From assembly GCA_963807965.1 (NCBI GenBank), contig CAWEDU010000002.1:14264-78263 (forward strand): a stretch of 64,000 nucleotides of DNA, in the 5' to 3' direction. This DNA is from an uncultured Thermoplasmatales archaeon (GTDB lineage Archaea; Thermoplasmatota; Penumbrarchaeia; Penumbrarchaeales; Penumbrarchaeaceae). The translations under genes and the position numbers were made by a program. The stretch's first letter is position 1. Each line of letters begins with the position of its first letter. Of this stretch, positions 31,009 to 41,841 are shown in pieces. The notes under the pieces were generated by a model. That model ran no database searches. It was not told where the DNA came from and was given only the letters and a program-made list of their open reading frames with translations.

Positions 31009-31824
31009 ATGGAATGGCTTGCAGTATCGGACCTTCACGGAAGACCGAACCGCTATAGGAGTCTGTTCAGAGAAGTATCGAAAAGGAATCCTCCAGCAGT
31101 GCTGATGGGAGGGGACCTATTCCCGAGAAGAGGGAACATAAAGGAATTCCTGGAGGATTACCTATTCAAACCCATAGAGCAATTGAGAAGGGGGGGCATC
31201 AGGACAAGGTTCCTTGTGATCTTAGGGAATGATGATCCGAAAGAATATGAGCCCATTCTTATTAAAGCAAATGAGGAACAACTGATCGATTACATCCCGA
31301 TGAAGGCTGAAAAGGTTGAAGATATTCAGGTTGTTGGTTATCCATTTGTCACTCCCTCTCCATTCTTATTAAAGGATTGGGAGCGTTATGATAAGGACAA
31401 GTCCATTAGATCCGGATGTATACCATTGGAAGAAGGTATTCGAACCACCCCGGTTGATCTTGATCTGATCCTAAAGAGAACGATAGAGGGCGATATGTTC
31501 AGAGTGAAGGAATTGAGCGACCCTAAAAAAACTCTCTACATGTTCCATTCACCTCCCTATGGGACGCATCTCGATGTACTTGGATCAAGACAAGTCCAGG
31601 ATCCTCATATTGGATCCCATGCGATCAGGGACTTCATTGAGACATATCAACCACCTGTCACCCTTCACGGACATATTCATGAGTCCTATCATGTATCAGG
31701 TAGATTCTATGAGAGGATCGGAATTACAATATCAATTTCAACATGTGGAATAGAGGAAGGTCTCGTCCTGATCTCCTTTGACCCATCAGGGAAGGTGGAT
31801 CCTAAGAGGGAAGTAATTAATTGA
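31009..31824 (+). CDS. metallophosphoesterase
   Basis: Calcineurin-like motifs VSDLHG, GGDLF, GNDD and HGHIHES. Upstream in-frame starts exist at 30955 and 30928. Confidence 0.7.
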   Translation: MEWLAVSDLHGRPNRYRSLFREVSKRNPPAVLMGGDLFPRRGNIKEFLEDYLFKPIEQLRRGGIRTRFLVILGNDDPKEYEPILIKANEEQLIDYIPMKAEKVEDIQVVGYPFVTPSPFLLKDWERYDKDKSIRSGCIPLEEGIRTTPVDLDLILKRTIEGDMFRVKELSDPKKTLYMFHSPPYGTHLDVLGSRQVQDPHIGSHAIRDFIETYQPPVTLHGHIHESYHVSGRFYERIGITISISTCGIEEGLVLISFDPSGKVDPKREVIN

Positions 31825-31896
31825 TTATATTGGAAAAAGCAGAATTTCAGTATATTGGATCGAAATCAAATTACATTAATTAAAATGAAAAAAAAG

Positions 31897-31917
31897 GAGC
31901 CCCATTTTCAGGGGCTC
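31897..31917 (-). terminator. intrinsic-terminator-like hairpin plus T8 for gdhA, between convergent genes
   Basis: GAGCCCC-ATTTTCA-GGGGCTC is a 7-bp stem. On the minus strand it is followed by T8 (A8 at 31888-31895). Confidence 0.55.
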
Positions 31918-31939
31918 TTGATACATCAAATCGATCGTT

Positions 31940-33400
<1,461 letters not shown>

Positions 33401-33623
33401 CTATCGATTTTAATTAAAAAAAAAGTGAATATTCCAATTATTGCCTATTTTTTAAAAGGAAATATTGATGGTTTAATTTTTCACCCCAAATTTGCGATTT
33501 GAGGATAATATCAAGAAAATGTAAAAGAAATTGTTTGACAGTAGAACCTGAATTGGAATAATATCTTGAGACCTTCATCAAATCAGAGGTCCTGGAGATT
33601 GGTTGTTATTGGGTATATGAATT

Positions 33624-34886
33624 TCATGGGAATATACCACGAAGCTCTATCGCCCTTGATATCTTTCCGATTCCATTCTGGAATGCCGAATCCCTCATTG
33701 ACATATTTTCCTTCAACGCCAGGTCCCACACCTCTGCGAACGATCTCTCCATTATCCGGTTCAGGTTCCGGTTCACTTCATCCAGGTCCCAGAAGAAGGA
33801 TTGAATACCCTGGACCCATTCAAAATATGATACGACCACTCCACCGCTGTTAGCAAGGATGTCCGGGACCACGTGGATCTCCTTCTCATTGATGATCCCG
33901 TCTGCATTCTGTGTGATAGGCCCATTGGCGCCCTCAACGATCACCTTGGCTTTCACATCATCAGCATTATCCACTGTTATCTGATTCTCCAATGCTGCAG
34001 GGATGAGCATATCTACATCCATGATGAGAATTTCTTTTCCATTCTCCAAGAAATCCGTCCCCTGATCCTCATAATCCTTAAAGAGCCTGGGTTTACCACC
34101 CTGATATACCCATTCTATCATCTTATGGATATCCAGACCATCAGGATTATAAAGGACTCCCGAAACATCACTGAGGGCAACAACCCTTGCCCCTTTTTCT
34201 GACAGCAGATGAGCAGCTGTGGATCCCACATTGCCAAAACCCTGGACGGCAACACTGCTTCCCTTGGGATCCATTCCAAGCCGTTTCATGATCTGCAGGG
34301 AATTGAGCATTACACCTCTTCCGGTCGCCTCGTTCCTTCCCAGGGAACCACCTAGGTCCAGGGGTTTTCCTGTCACTATCTCCAACATGGCATTTCCCCT
34401 GAACATCGAAGCTGCATCCATGAACCATCCCATTGTCTCGGGATTGGTATTGACATCAGGGGCTGGGATATCAGTCTTGGGACCGATAATTGGCATTATT
34501 GCAGCTGCGTACCTCTTTGTAAGCTTCTGGAGCTCACAGGGAGATCTGTTAGTGGGATCTATTGTAATTCCACCCTTTGCTCCTCCATATGGCACGTTGG
34601 CTACTGCACATTTCAATGACATGAGGGTCGCGAGTGCTTTCACCTCATCAATATCCGTATCGGGGTGATACCTGATACCTCCCTTGCAAGGACCCCTGGC
34701 CGACGAATGTTGGACCCTGTAACCTTTGAAAACATCTATCTCACCATTGTCCATCACTATCGGTATGTGCACAGTTAATTCCCTTTCTGGCATCTTTATC
34801 ATCTTCACGATGCCCTTATCGATGCACATCCTCTCAACAGTGGTATCTATCTGCTGAAGGACACTATCATAGAATGATTGTACCAT
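33624..34886 (-). CDS. gdh: glutamate dehydrogenase (about 420-aa Glu/Leu/Phe/Val dehydrogenase class)
   Basis: GYRVQHSSARGPCKGGIRYHPD, PYGGAKGGI and QGFGNVGS. Intact 420 aa. Confidence 0.9.
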   Translation of the reverse strand: MVQSFYDSVLQQIDTTVERMCIDKGIVKMIKMPERELTVHIPIVMDNGEIDVFKGYRVQHSSARGPCKGGIRYHPDTDIDEVKALATLMSLKCAVANVPYGGAKGGITIDPTNRSPCELQKLTKRYAAAIMPIIGPKTDIPAPDVNTNPETMGWFMDAASMFRGNAMLEIVTGKPLDLGGSLGRNEATGRGVMLNSLQIMKRLGMDPKGSSVAVQGFGNVGSTAAHLLSEKGARVVALSDVSGVLYNPDGLDIHKMIEWVYQGGKPRLFKDYEDQGTDFLENGKEILIMDVDMLIPAALENQITVDNADDVKAKVIVEGANGPITQNADGIINEKEIHVVPDILANSGGVVVSYFEWVQGIQSFFWDLDEVNRNLNRIMERSFAEVWDLALKENMSMRDSAFQNGIGKISRAIELRGIFP

Positions 34887-34962
34887 GTTCTCACTCCATA
34901 AACTTCAGGCTCACAGGAACATTCAATAAATAAATATTATACTACAAATGGAGATGAGGACC

Positions 34963-37900
34963 TCATTCCTCTTCCAGAGGGCCTCCCTTCCTTGTGAAAG
35001 CAGAAATGGCAATGAAAACTGTGAGGAGGATCAAAGCTATTCCCAAAACGAACATTAGATACGGGGGGTCCTCATTTTCTTTATTATCATCGATGCTTTG
35101 AAGTTCGATCGATCCTACGTCGTAGGGACCTCCCCCGTAGGGTACCTCTATTATTATCGAGGCATTCCTGTATCCTTCCTTGAAGAATGAAAGACCATAT
35201 GATCCTTCACTTATTTCGATAGTGAATGTACCATTGGAATCTGAGAATGCCACATCCGTCCCATTTACCGTTATCTTGGTCCCTTCAAGGGGATCACCGT
35301 TCTCATTGGTGACCCTCCCAACGGTAATTGTCGTTCTCAATGGATCCTTGGTGGTTTTAAAGGACCAGCTAGCCGATATTGGATTTCCTGCCAGGTCCTC
35401 ACCATAGAATACGATATTAAATTCTGAATTGTCCCCCAGGTCCCCATCAATAATGAACTGGTATGTATTGTTCCGGACCTCTACCCAATCACCTTGAAGA
35501 CCGGAGAGATTGAAATATATCGATAAGGGAGAAAGCTGTTCGGAGACCTCGATCTTTACTTCTTCATCATATCCGACAATAACACCTGTTGGATGGATCG
35601 AGATGATCATGGGAGACGTCCTGTCAACTCCAATTGGGATATGGCCAATTGCCGAGTTTCCAGAAAGATCGTATACAATTATCACAAACGAGAAATTCCC
35701 CTCCGGCAATTCGATGGAGATATTGTTATAGCCATCTTCCACTCGACCATCCAAGATCCGCTGGAGGGGAGGGGGTGGAATCACTCCGTTCCTGGTGATC
35801 TCGTGTTGATAATAATTCATCTCCAGATCATAGTCAGCAATCTCCTCGAGGCTCAGATCTGTCATATTCCAAACTTCATACCAGGTACCTACCACTTCCA
35901 TATTGTCAGTAGAGTTCCAGACGAATTCTGCCAGATCATTCGTCCAATTCATCTGTGGAATCAATTCAACCTGTGGTGCCTGCCAGTCGGAATAGAAGGA
36001 TATACTCCCGATTGCATTGAATCCCCTGTTGTCTCTGATACTAACTGTAAGAACGTGCCAGCCCATCTCATCAAGCTCGATCGTTCGTTCTCTTGGTGTT
36101 CCGTTCAGAGGAACTGACTCATTGTCAAGATACAGCTCAACATGGGTGATATGCGACCATTCCATGGATGAGGTCCAGGATACATTCACCATTCTTGTAT
36201 TCAGGACCTCTCCGTCCTCCATCTCAAAGAACACTCCCAATTGGGTCCTGTTGAGAATTGCGATCTCATAAACTGGAAGTCCTTCTCCAAGTACAGATCT
36301 TGCTTGAATAGAATAGAGGACCTCATTTTCCGGTCCTGGATCAACATCGATGAATGCTTCGACCGGCCCTATAACCCAGGATATTGGATTGGTATCTCCT
36401 CCACCTATTCTCCTGACAGTATAACCCAACACAGGAGCGAATGGATTTGCAGAATTTGGGGGAGACCAGGAAATAATTACCCTGTCCATGAACTGTTCAG
36501 AATCAGGACCTGTGGGTGATCCGAGGATCCCATAGGGGAGATCCACTGATGGTTCGATATCCGAGAGGTTTCCTTTCCCCGGGATTATATCATAGGGCAG
36601 GTCCACTTTTCCATCATGGTCCAGATCAGGCGAGGTATGGTTCCAGTAGTAGTTATTCAAAACCTTGGTTGTCTTCTCATTTATGTAGAGGTCCGCTGGA
36701 TGGGTAATAAACCTCCCGTTGTTGACGAAAGCATTCTTCTCTATCCTGTTGAATCGACCGGATAGGACCGAGATCGGGATATCACCATTTTCCATGAATC
36801 CGTTGTACTGTATCCTGTTACTCTCGGAATCGATATCCAGGATTATTCCCCTATCCCCTTCCCGGAACATGTTGTTCATGATCATGGAATCATCTGTTGC
36901 CAATAAGGACAAACCCTCCCTTGATCCGTTGAAGAGGCAGGAATCTATGGTGCACTCTCCTATATTGGAAAGGTTAACAGATGTCTCTGTTATATCATGG
37001 AACCTACAATCCTTGATCTCCCAACTTCTATCTCCATTGACAAGGATACCGGAGTTCAGATCATGGAATTCACTATCAACGACAGTAACTCTCCATGAAT
37101 TATGTCCTGATATCCCGATATTATTTGATGTGAATGAACAATTCCTGATTAAAAGGTCCCGGGATCTGGATAGGAGGACATTGATCGAACCGGTATCCAT
37201 CTTCATATCCTCGATCACACCATCCACGCAGTTGAGAAGGATATACTGGCCACCATCCTTCTTCATCTCGGTCCCCTCCAGGTCAAGACCATTGTAGAAC
37301 CTGACAGGTTTCCCATCTACTGTATTATTCTCAGGGATCTTAATATTGGATGAAGATCCGATAATATCGTAAAGATCTATCGAGGTATGGATCAATTCAT
37401 TTGAATAGACCATGGAAGAAGCAAATCTCTCGAGCAATATTCCTGGGTCCCCATCGTCCTCAATCCTGTTCTCCATGATCATGTTAGTCGATCCGGAGTC
37501 AACGATCCCAAAACCTCCATTGATATCAGAAATCCGGTTATCTGAAATATTCGTATATGAACCTGAGCTCATTATCCCCTTTTCACAACCGGATACCGAA
37601 TTTCCATATGCAGAACCGTATCTTGAATAAATATCAAATTCTATACCTTTTTTTATATCTAATACTTGATTATCATCAATAATACATCCCCAACCTTTAA
37701 TGTAGATACCCGAGGAAGGGGAACCGCTGGAATATATGTTATTTCTGGAAATGGTACATTGATCTGAATATACTGCAATACCCCTGAAGAACGATCCACT
37801 GATCTCATTGTCCGAAACTGTGATGTTTTCACACTCTTCAAGGATCCTTACCCCATCATTTCCGTTGACTATTGAACAACCTGAAACAAATGATCTGTCT

Positions 37901-39180
37901 ACTTTGGAAAGCGATATGCTGTCTGTACCATTGTTGAATTCACCTTCAGTGATCTCAACATCCCTGCATCCATGAAAATGAACTCCCGCAATACCTACCT
38001 CGGATACGGTGGTGTTCGTGATCGTTATATTATCACAGGAATCGGCCAGTACACCGTAATACACCTGATCTGATATCCTTGACTTATTGATCAAGGTCCT
38101 TGTGCAATCAAAGAGAATGATACCAGCTGTACCACCATTGATATCTGAATAGTATATCGAAAGATTTGATGCCTCCCAGACTATCCACTGGCCAACCACC
38201 AATGGGACCACCCACCCACCGTAGTCCATGTTGCCGATGAAGTAAACAGGTTTTCCTCCGACTGTATTGTTCTCTGGTATGATCTGGGTTGCGAAATTAT
38301 CCCTGATCATTTCCAAGAAGAAGGAACATCTGAACATCTTATTCCCGTAAAACTCGTTGAAACTCCCGTCAAAAACATACAATCCTTCTTCACAATCTTC
38401 GATGGTGTTGTTGAGGATCCTGTTCTTGGAAGACCCATACTTCAAGAACACACCATCATCATTGTGAGCGGCATAATTCCCAATGACAGTATTATTATGG
38501 CTATTGTCCAGTCTAATACCATGATCATCAATGTTGATCATGGTATTGTTCTCTATCCTGTTATCGTAGGATCCCATCAGATATAAGCCGAAATCCCAGT
38601 TATCTACAGTATTGTCCAAGAAAAGGGAGTTGTTCCCCCCGTAATGGATAGCATGGTTCTTACCATCTATCATATTGTTACCAATGACGGTCATACCATC
38701 AGAATATAGCCAGAGGCCATTGTGGCAATCTAATATGGTATTACCAATGATCCGACATGTGTCCAGGGCCCTGATCCCGTATCCGGAGCTATTGACCGTG
38801 CATCCTGTGATCGTCCCGTTCCCGGAAAGAATGGCAATACCTCCGATGGGTGAACCACCGCCATCAGCTTTCATGACGGTGCAATTGTTGATTATAAAAC
38901 TGTAGGATGTGGAGATCGCAATGCCGTAACCCGTCCTATTGGCATCGATGATCAGGTCCGTAATCATATAGGGGTCCTCTTCCGAACCGTTGCCTCCCCA
39001 CCCCATTTCCAGTGCCTTTTGATCAAAAGCGGTATCGTTCATCATCAGAATGGGGCCTATGGCGCCAGTTCTTGTCCGATCAGGATCTTCAGGTTTCTTA
39101 TAAAAATCTCCACCTTCGACAGTTGCCGATAATCCCTGAAGGACCATGAGAATCAATATCAAAGACGTTAAGGATCTCAT
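34963..39180 (-). CDS. giant cell-surface protein B (signal peptide, beta-helix PbH1 repeats, Ig-like domains, CarboxypepD_reg-like domain, C-terminal TM); intact
   Basis: 1405 aa. Signal MRSLTSLILILMVLQGLSA, then GNGSEEDPYMITDLIID, many N-x-I/V-x-N/D-N beta-helix rungs, GRVTNENGDPLEGTKITV and TM LMFVLGIALILLTVFIAISAF. Confidence 0.8.
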   Translation of the reverse strand: MRSLTSLILILMVLQGLSATVEGGDFYKKPEDPDRTRTGAIGPILMMNDTAFDQKALEMGWGGNGSEEDPYMITDLIIDANRTGYGIAISTSYSFIINNCTVMKADGGGSPIGGIAILSGNGTITGCTVNSSGYGIRALDTCRIIGNTILDCHNGLWLYSDGMTVIGNNMIDGKNHAIHYGGNNSLFLDNTVDNWDFGLYLMGSYDNRIENNTMINIDDHGIRLDNSHNNTVIGNYAAHNDDGVFLKYGSSKNRILNNTIEDCEEGLYVFDGSFNEFYGNKMFRCSFFLEMIRDNFATQIIPENNTVGGKPVYFIGNMDYGGWVVPLVVGQWIVWEASNLSIYYSDINGGTAGIILFDCTRTLINKSRISDQVYYGVLADSCDNITITNTTVSEVGIAGVHFHGCRDVEITEGEFNNGTDSISLSKVDRSFVSGCSIVNGNDGVRILEECENITVSDNEISGSFFRGIAVYSDQCTISRNNIYSSGSPSSGIYIKGWGCIIDDNQVLDIKKGIEFDIYSRYGSAYGNSVSGCEKGIMSSGSYTNISDNRISDINGGFGIVDSGSTNMIMENRIEDDGDPGILLERFASSMVYSNELIHTSIDLYDIIGSSSNIKIPENNTVDGKPVRFYNGLDLEGTEMKKDGGQYILLNCVDGVIEDMKMDTGSINVLLSRSRDLLIRNCSFTSNNIGISGHNSWRVTVVDSEFHDLNSGILVNGDRSWEIKDCRFHDITETSVNLSNIGECTIDSCLFNGSREGLSLLATDDSMIMNNMFREGDRGIILDIDSESNRIQYNGFMENGDIPISVLSGRFNRIEKNAFVNNGRFITHPADLYINEKTTKVLNNYYWNHTSPDLDHDGKVDLPYDIIPGKGNLSDIEPSVDLPYGILGSPTGPDSEQFMDRVIISWSPPNSANPFAPVLGYTVRRIGGGDTNPISWVIGPVEAFIDVDPGPENEVLYSIQARSVLGEGLPVYEIAILNRTQLGVFFEMEDGEVLNTRMVNVSWTSSMEWSHITHVELYLDNESVPLNGTPRERTIELDEMGWHVLTVSIRDNRGFNAIGSISFYSDWQAPQVELIPQMNWTNDLAEFVWNSTDNMEVVGTWYEVWNMTDLSLEEIADYDLEMNYYQHEITRNGVIPPPPLQRILDGRVEDGYNNISIELPEGNFSFVIIVYDLSGNSAIGHIPIGVDRTSPMIISIHPTGVIVGYDEEVKIEVSEQLSPLSIYFNLSGLQGDWVEVRNNTYQFIIDGDLGDNSEFNIVFYGEDLAGNPISASWSFKTTKDPLRTTITVGRVTNENGDPLEGTKITVNGTDVAFSDSNGTFTIEISEGSYGLSFFKEGYRNASIIIEVPYGGGPYDVGSIELQSIDDNKENEDPPYLMFVLGIALILLTVFIAISAFTRKGGPLEEE

Positions 39181-39348
39181 CCTATCTCCTGTATCTTTAA
39201 GGTGGAGATCGAGATTTATACTGTTCGGTCTCCCGTACCATTTTCAGCTTCTTATCCACCCTGGACAACCTCCCCCGGTATCAGGTCCTTTGCCATCAAC
39301 AATCTCTAAAGTAGAGGTAAACCAATCGACTAATATCCACTCATATGG

Positions 39349-40290
39349 TCAGGGTCCTTCTCCAAGTTTCCAGCTCTCGATCTGTGACTGAGCGATCTTG
39401 ATATCCTTATGCTCAGAGACCTCTTTAAGGATTTTTCTGTGAATACTGTCCGATATCAACCTACGAGACCTTGCTTCGGTTACGAACCTCACATGTAAAT
39501 TGATCCACGATGAATCGAAATTGACATAGACCATTGGTTGAACATCCTTCTTTGGAAGATAGTATTTCTCTCCGATCCTCTCTATCTCGGAAGATGCTTT
39601 CTCTGTCATTACTGCAACTTCCTTCAAAGTGATCCGATGGATCGGATCGATAATGGAACTCCAATTGCTATCGTAGGTCAGATGAATGTTGATCTCATCC
39701 CAAAGGAAGCTATGGTCCTTTGTATAATTGAAGATATCATCGGTCAGGACCTTAGCGTTGGTTGCCATGACGATCCTCCCTGATGCCTGGTCCCCTCCAA
39801 CCCAGCCTCTGGTTTCCATCAAGGTCGTATAGAAGAGGCCAATATCCATGACATCCCCATATACCTGCCCTATCTGGACACGGTCTCCGACCCGGTAAAT
39901 ATTGTTGAAAAGTATCAATAGACCCCCTGCGAATCCTTTGAAGAAGTCCTGCAGGGAAATTGCAATGCCAGCTGCGATCAATCCGTAAGCAACCACGATG
40001 GCCTGTGTGTTCTTGACCCAAACGGTCACGACAACCGAAATAACTGCTACCATGAATATAATTGAAATGGCCTTCCTGAAGGTGTACCTTATCTTGTAAT
40101 CCTTGACATTTGCACCTGCAATTTCTTCCAATACGACTTTCAAGAAAAGATAGAGGAGTGAGGAAATGAAAAATGTAATGAAGAATTTCCACAAGTAGTC
40201 GTGATCAACTAAAATTGATAGAAGCAGCAAACCGGAGGTGATGAGGATCAGGAAAATCAGGATTAAAACCTTCTTCAGGATCCGTCCCAT
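39349..40290 (-). CDS. small-conductance mechanosensitive channel (MscS family)
   Basis: Several N-terminal TM helices followed by the MscS core YRVGDRVQIGQVYGDVMDIGLFYTTL. Confidence 0.8.
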   Translation of the reverse strand: MGRILKKVLILIFLILITSGLLLLSILVDHDYLWKFFITFFISSLLYLFLKVVLEEIAGANVKDYKIRYTFRKAISIIFMVAVISVVVTVWVKNTQAIVVAYGLIAAGIAISLQDFFKGFAGGLLILFNNIYRVGDRVQIGQVYGDVMDIGLFYTTLMETRGWVGGDQASGRIVMATNAKVLTDDIFNYTKDHSFLWDEINIHLTYDSNWSSIIDPIHRITLKEVAVMTEKASSEIERIGEKYYLPKKDVQPMVYVNFDSSWINLHVRFVTEARSRRLISDSIHRKILKEVSEHKDIKIAQSQIESWKLGEGP

Positions 40291-40385
40291 ACTCCCATGA
40301 AAGGTTCTTGTTAAATATAAAAGGGTTCTTAATAACTCACCTGTTCAAGGAAAAGGTTCATTTGTCCCTCCTCATTGATATAAAT

Positions 40386-40778
40386 ATGGAAAAATTGAAA
40401 CTCTCCGAAGAAGAATGGAAAAGACGGCTCTCCCCTGACCGTTTTGATGTATTAAGGAATAAGGGAACAGAACTCCCATTCACAGGCGGACTTCTCCACA
40501 ATAAAGAAAAGGGGATCTATGTATGTGGAGGCTGTGGATCTGGGCTTTTCTCCTCGGATTCCAAATTCGATTCGGGATCTGGGTGGCCGTCCTTCTCTGA
40601 TGTCATTGCAAAAGGAAACATAGAGATCAAAATTGATTCCAGTCACGGGATGACCAGGACGGAAATTTCCTGTAGGCAATGTGGAGGACATCTGGGACAT
40701 GTTTTCGAAGATGGTCCTGAACCAACAGGTCTGAGGTATTGTGTTAATTCCCTATCCTTGGAATTCAAGTCAAAATAA
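40386..40778 (+). CDS. msrB: peptide-methionine (R)-S-oxide reductase
   Basis: CxxC...CxxC zinc site (CGGCGSGLF, CRQCGGHLGHVFEDGP) and SGWPSF. ATG 40386 lies within a longer ORF. Confidence 0.9.
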   Translation: MEKLKLSEEEWKRRLSPDRFDVLRNKGTELPFTGGLLHNKEKGIYVCGGCGSGLFSSDSKFDSGSGWPSFSDVIAKGNIEIKIDSSHGMTRTEISCRQCGGHLGHVFEDGPEPTGLRYCVNSLSLEFKSK

Positions 40779-40856
40779 CCTATATGGCAAAAGTAACCGT
40801 TCCTTTTTAATATAATTTAATATTTTAAAAATCATAGGCGGAGGGGAAAGATCGTC

Positions 40857-41435
40857 ATGAAGGTTCTCGGTATAAACGGCAGCTCAAGATCGGATGGTAA
40901 TACTTCCTTGCTGATCGAGTGGGTTTTCAACGAATTAAGGAAGGAGGGCATCGACTGCGAAATGATACAGCTGGCCAATCAAACGATCAAAGGATGCAAA
41001 GCATGCGGTATCTGCATGATAAAAAAGAATGGAAAGTGTGCCATTGACGATGACATTGTCAATCCTCTGATCGAGAAGATGTCCTCATCTGATGGGATGA
41101 TTCTGGGATCACCTGTTTATTTTTCTAATATCACACCTGAGCTTAAGGCCCTCATTGACAGATCCGGGAGGGTTGCAAAGGCCAATAACTACCAATTCAA
41201 GAAAAAGATCGGTGCGGCAGTTGTTGCGGTAAGAAGGACCGGAGCCATGCCTGCATTCAATGCCATGAACCACTTCTTTCTTGTTGAACAGATGATCGTC
41301 CCGGGTTCTTCCTACTGGAATATAGGCATGGGAATGGAACCAGGCGATGTGAAAGAGGACCTGGAAGCAAAAAGGACCATGACAGATCTGGGTAAGAACA
41401 TGGCCTGGCTTATCAAAAAGTTGAATGAAGATTGA
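40857..41435 (+). CDS. NADPH-dependent FMN reductase / iron-sulfur flavoprotein-like
   Basis: MKVLGINGSSRSDGNT, a cysteine cluster (CKACGIC...C) and GSPVYFSNITPELKALIDR. An SD (GGAGGGG) lies upstream. Confidence 0.75.
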   Translation: MKVLGINGSSRSDGNTSLLIEWVFNELRKEGIDCEMIQLANQTIKGCKACGICMIKKNGKCAIDDDIVNPLIEKMSSSDGMILGSPVYFSNITPELKALIDRSGRVAKANNYQFKKKIGAAVVAVRRTGAMPAFNAMNHFFLVEQMIVPGSSYWNIGMGMEPGDVKEDLEAKRTMTDLGKNMAWLIKKLNED

Positions 41436-41569
41436 ATTGAACAAAATCCTTTCCAAGGGTATGAAAGTTTGAATCATTGAGCATTTTAGAGGGTCGAAAG
41501 ACTGACTATATTACTATTAATGGTCATGGTTATATAGTAGTCTGGACAATATATGAATGGGGAAATTAC

Positions 41570-41818
41570 ATGCCAGAAGAAGAAAACCCATTCTTGGTGA
41601 CTCCAAAGAAGGTGAAAATTGAAGAAAAAAAAGAGAACTTCGGTTCGGATGAGTTGGTCTCCTTCATGGTCTCACCTGAAAATACAAAGAAAAATGAAGA
41701 ACGAAAGGTCGAAACATCCTCTGAAACACCACATTGGGAGTCCTCCGGAACTCCGATCTGGGACAGAAAGGTAAAAAATGTTGATGATGAAGACTATGAA
41801 GTAGTGGATCACAAGTAG
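41570..41818 (+). CDS. hypothetical Lys/Glu-rich, probably disordered small protein
   Basis: No motif found. ATG 41570 lies within ORF 41477..41818. The coding call itself is uncertain. Confidence 0.3.
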   Translation: MPEEENPFLVTPKKVKIEEKKENFGSDELVSFMVSPENTKKNEERKVETSSETPHWESSGTPIWDRKVKNVDDEDYEVVDHK

Positions 41819-41841
41819 AGATGAAATAAGGGTTCAATTTA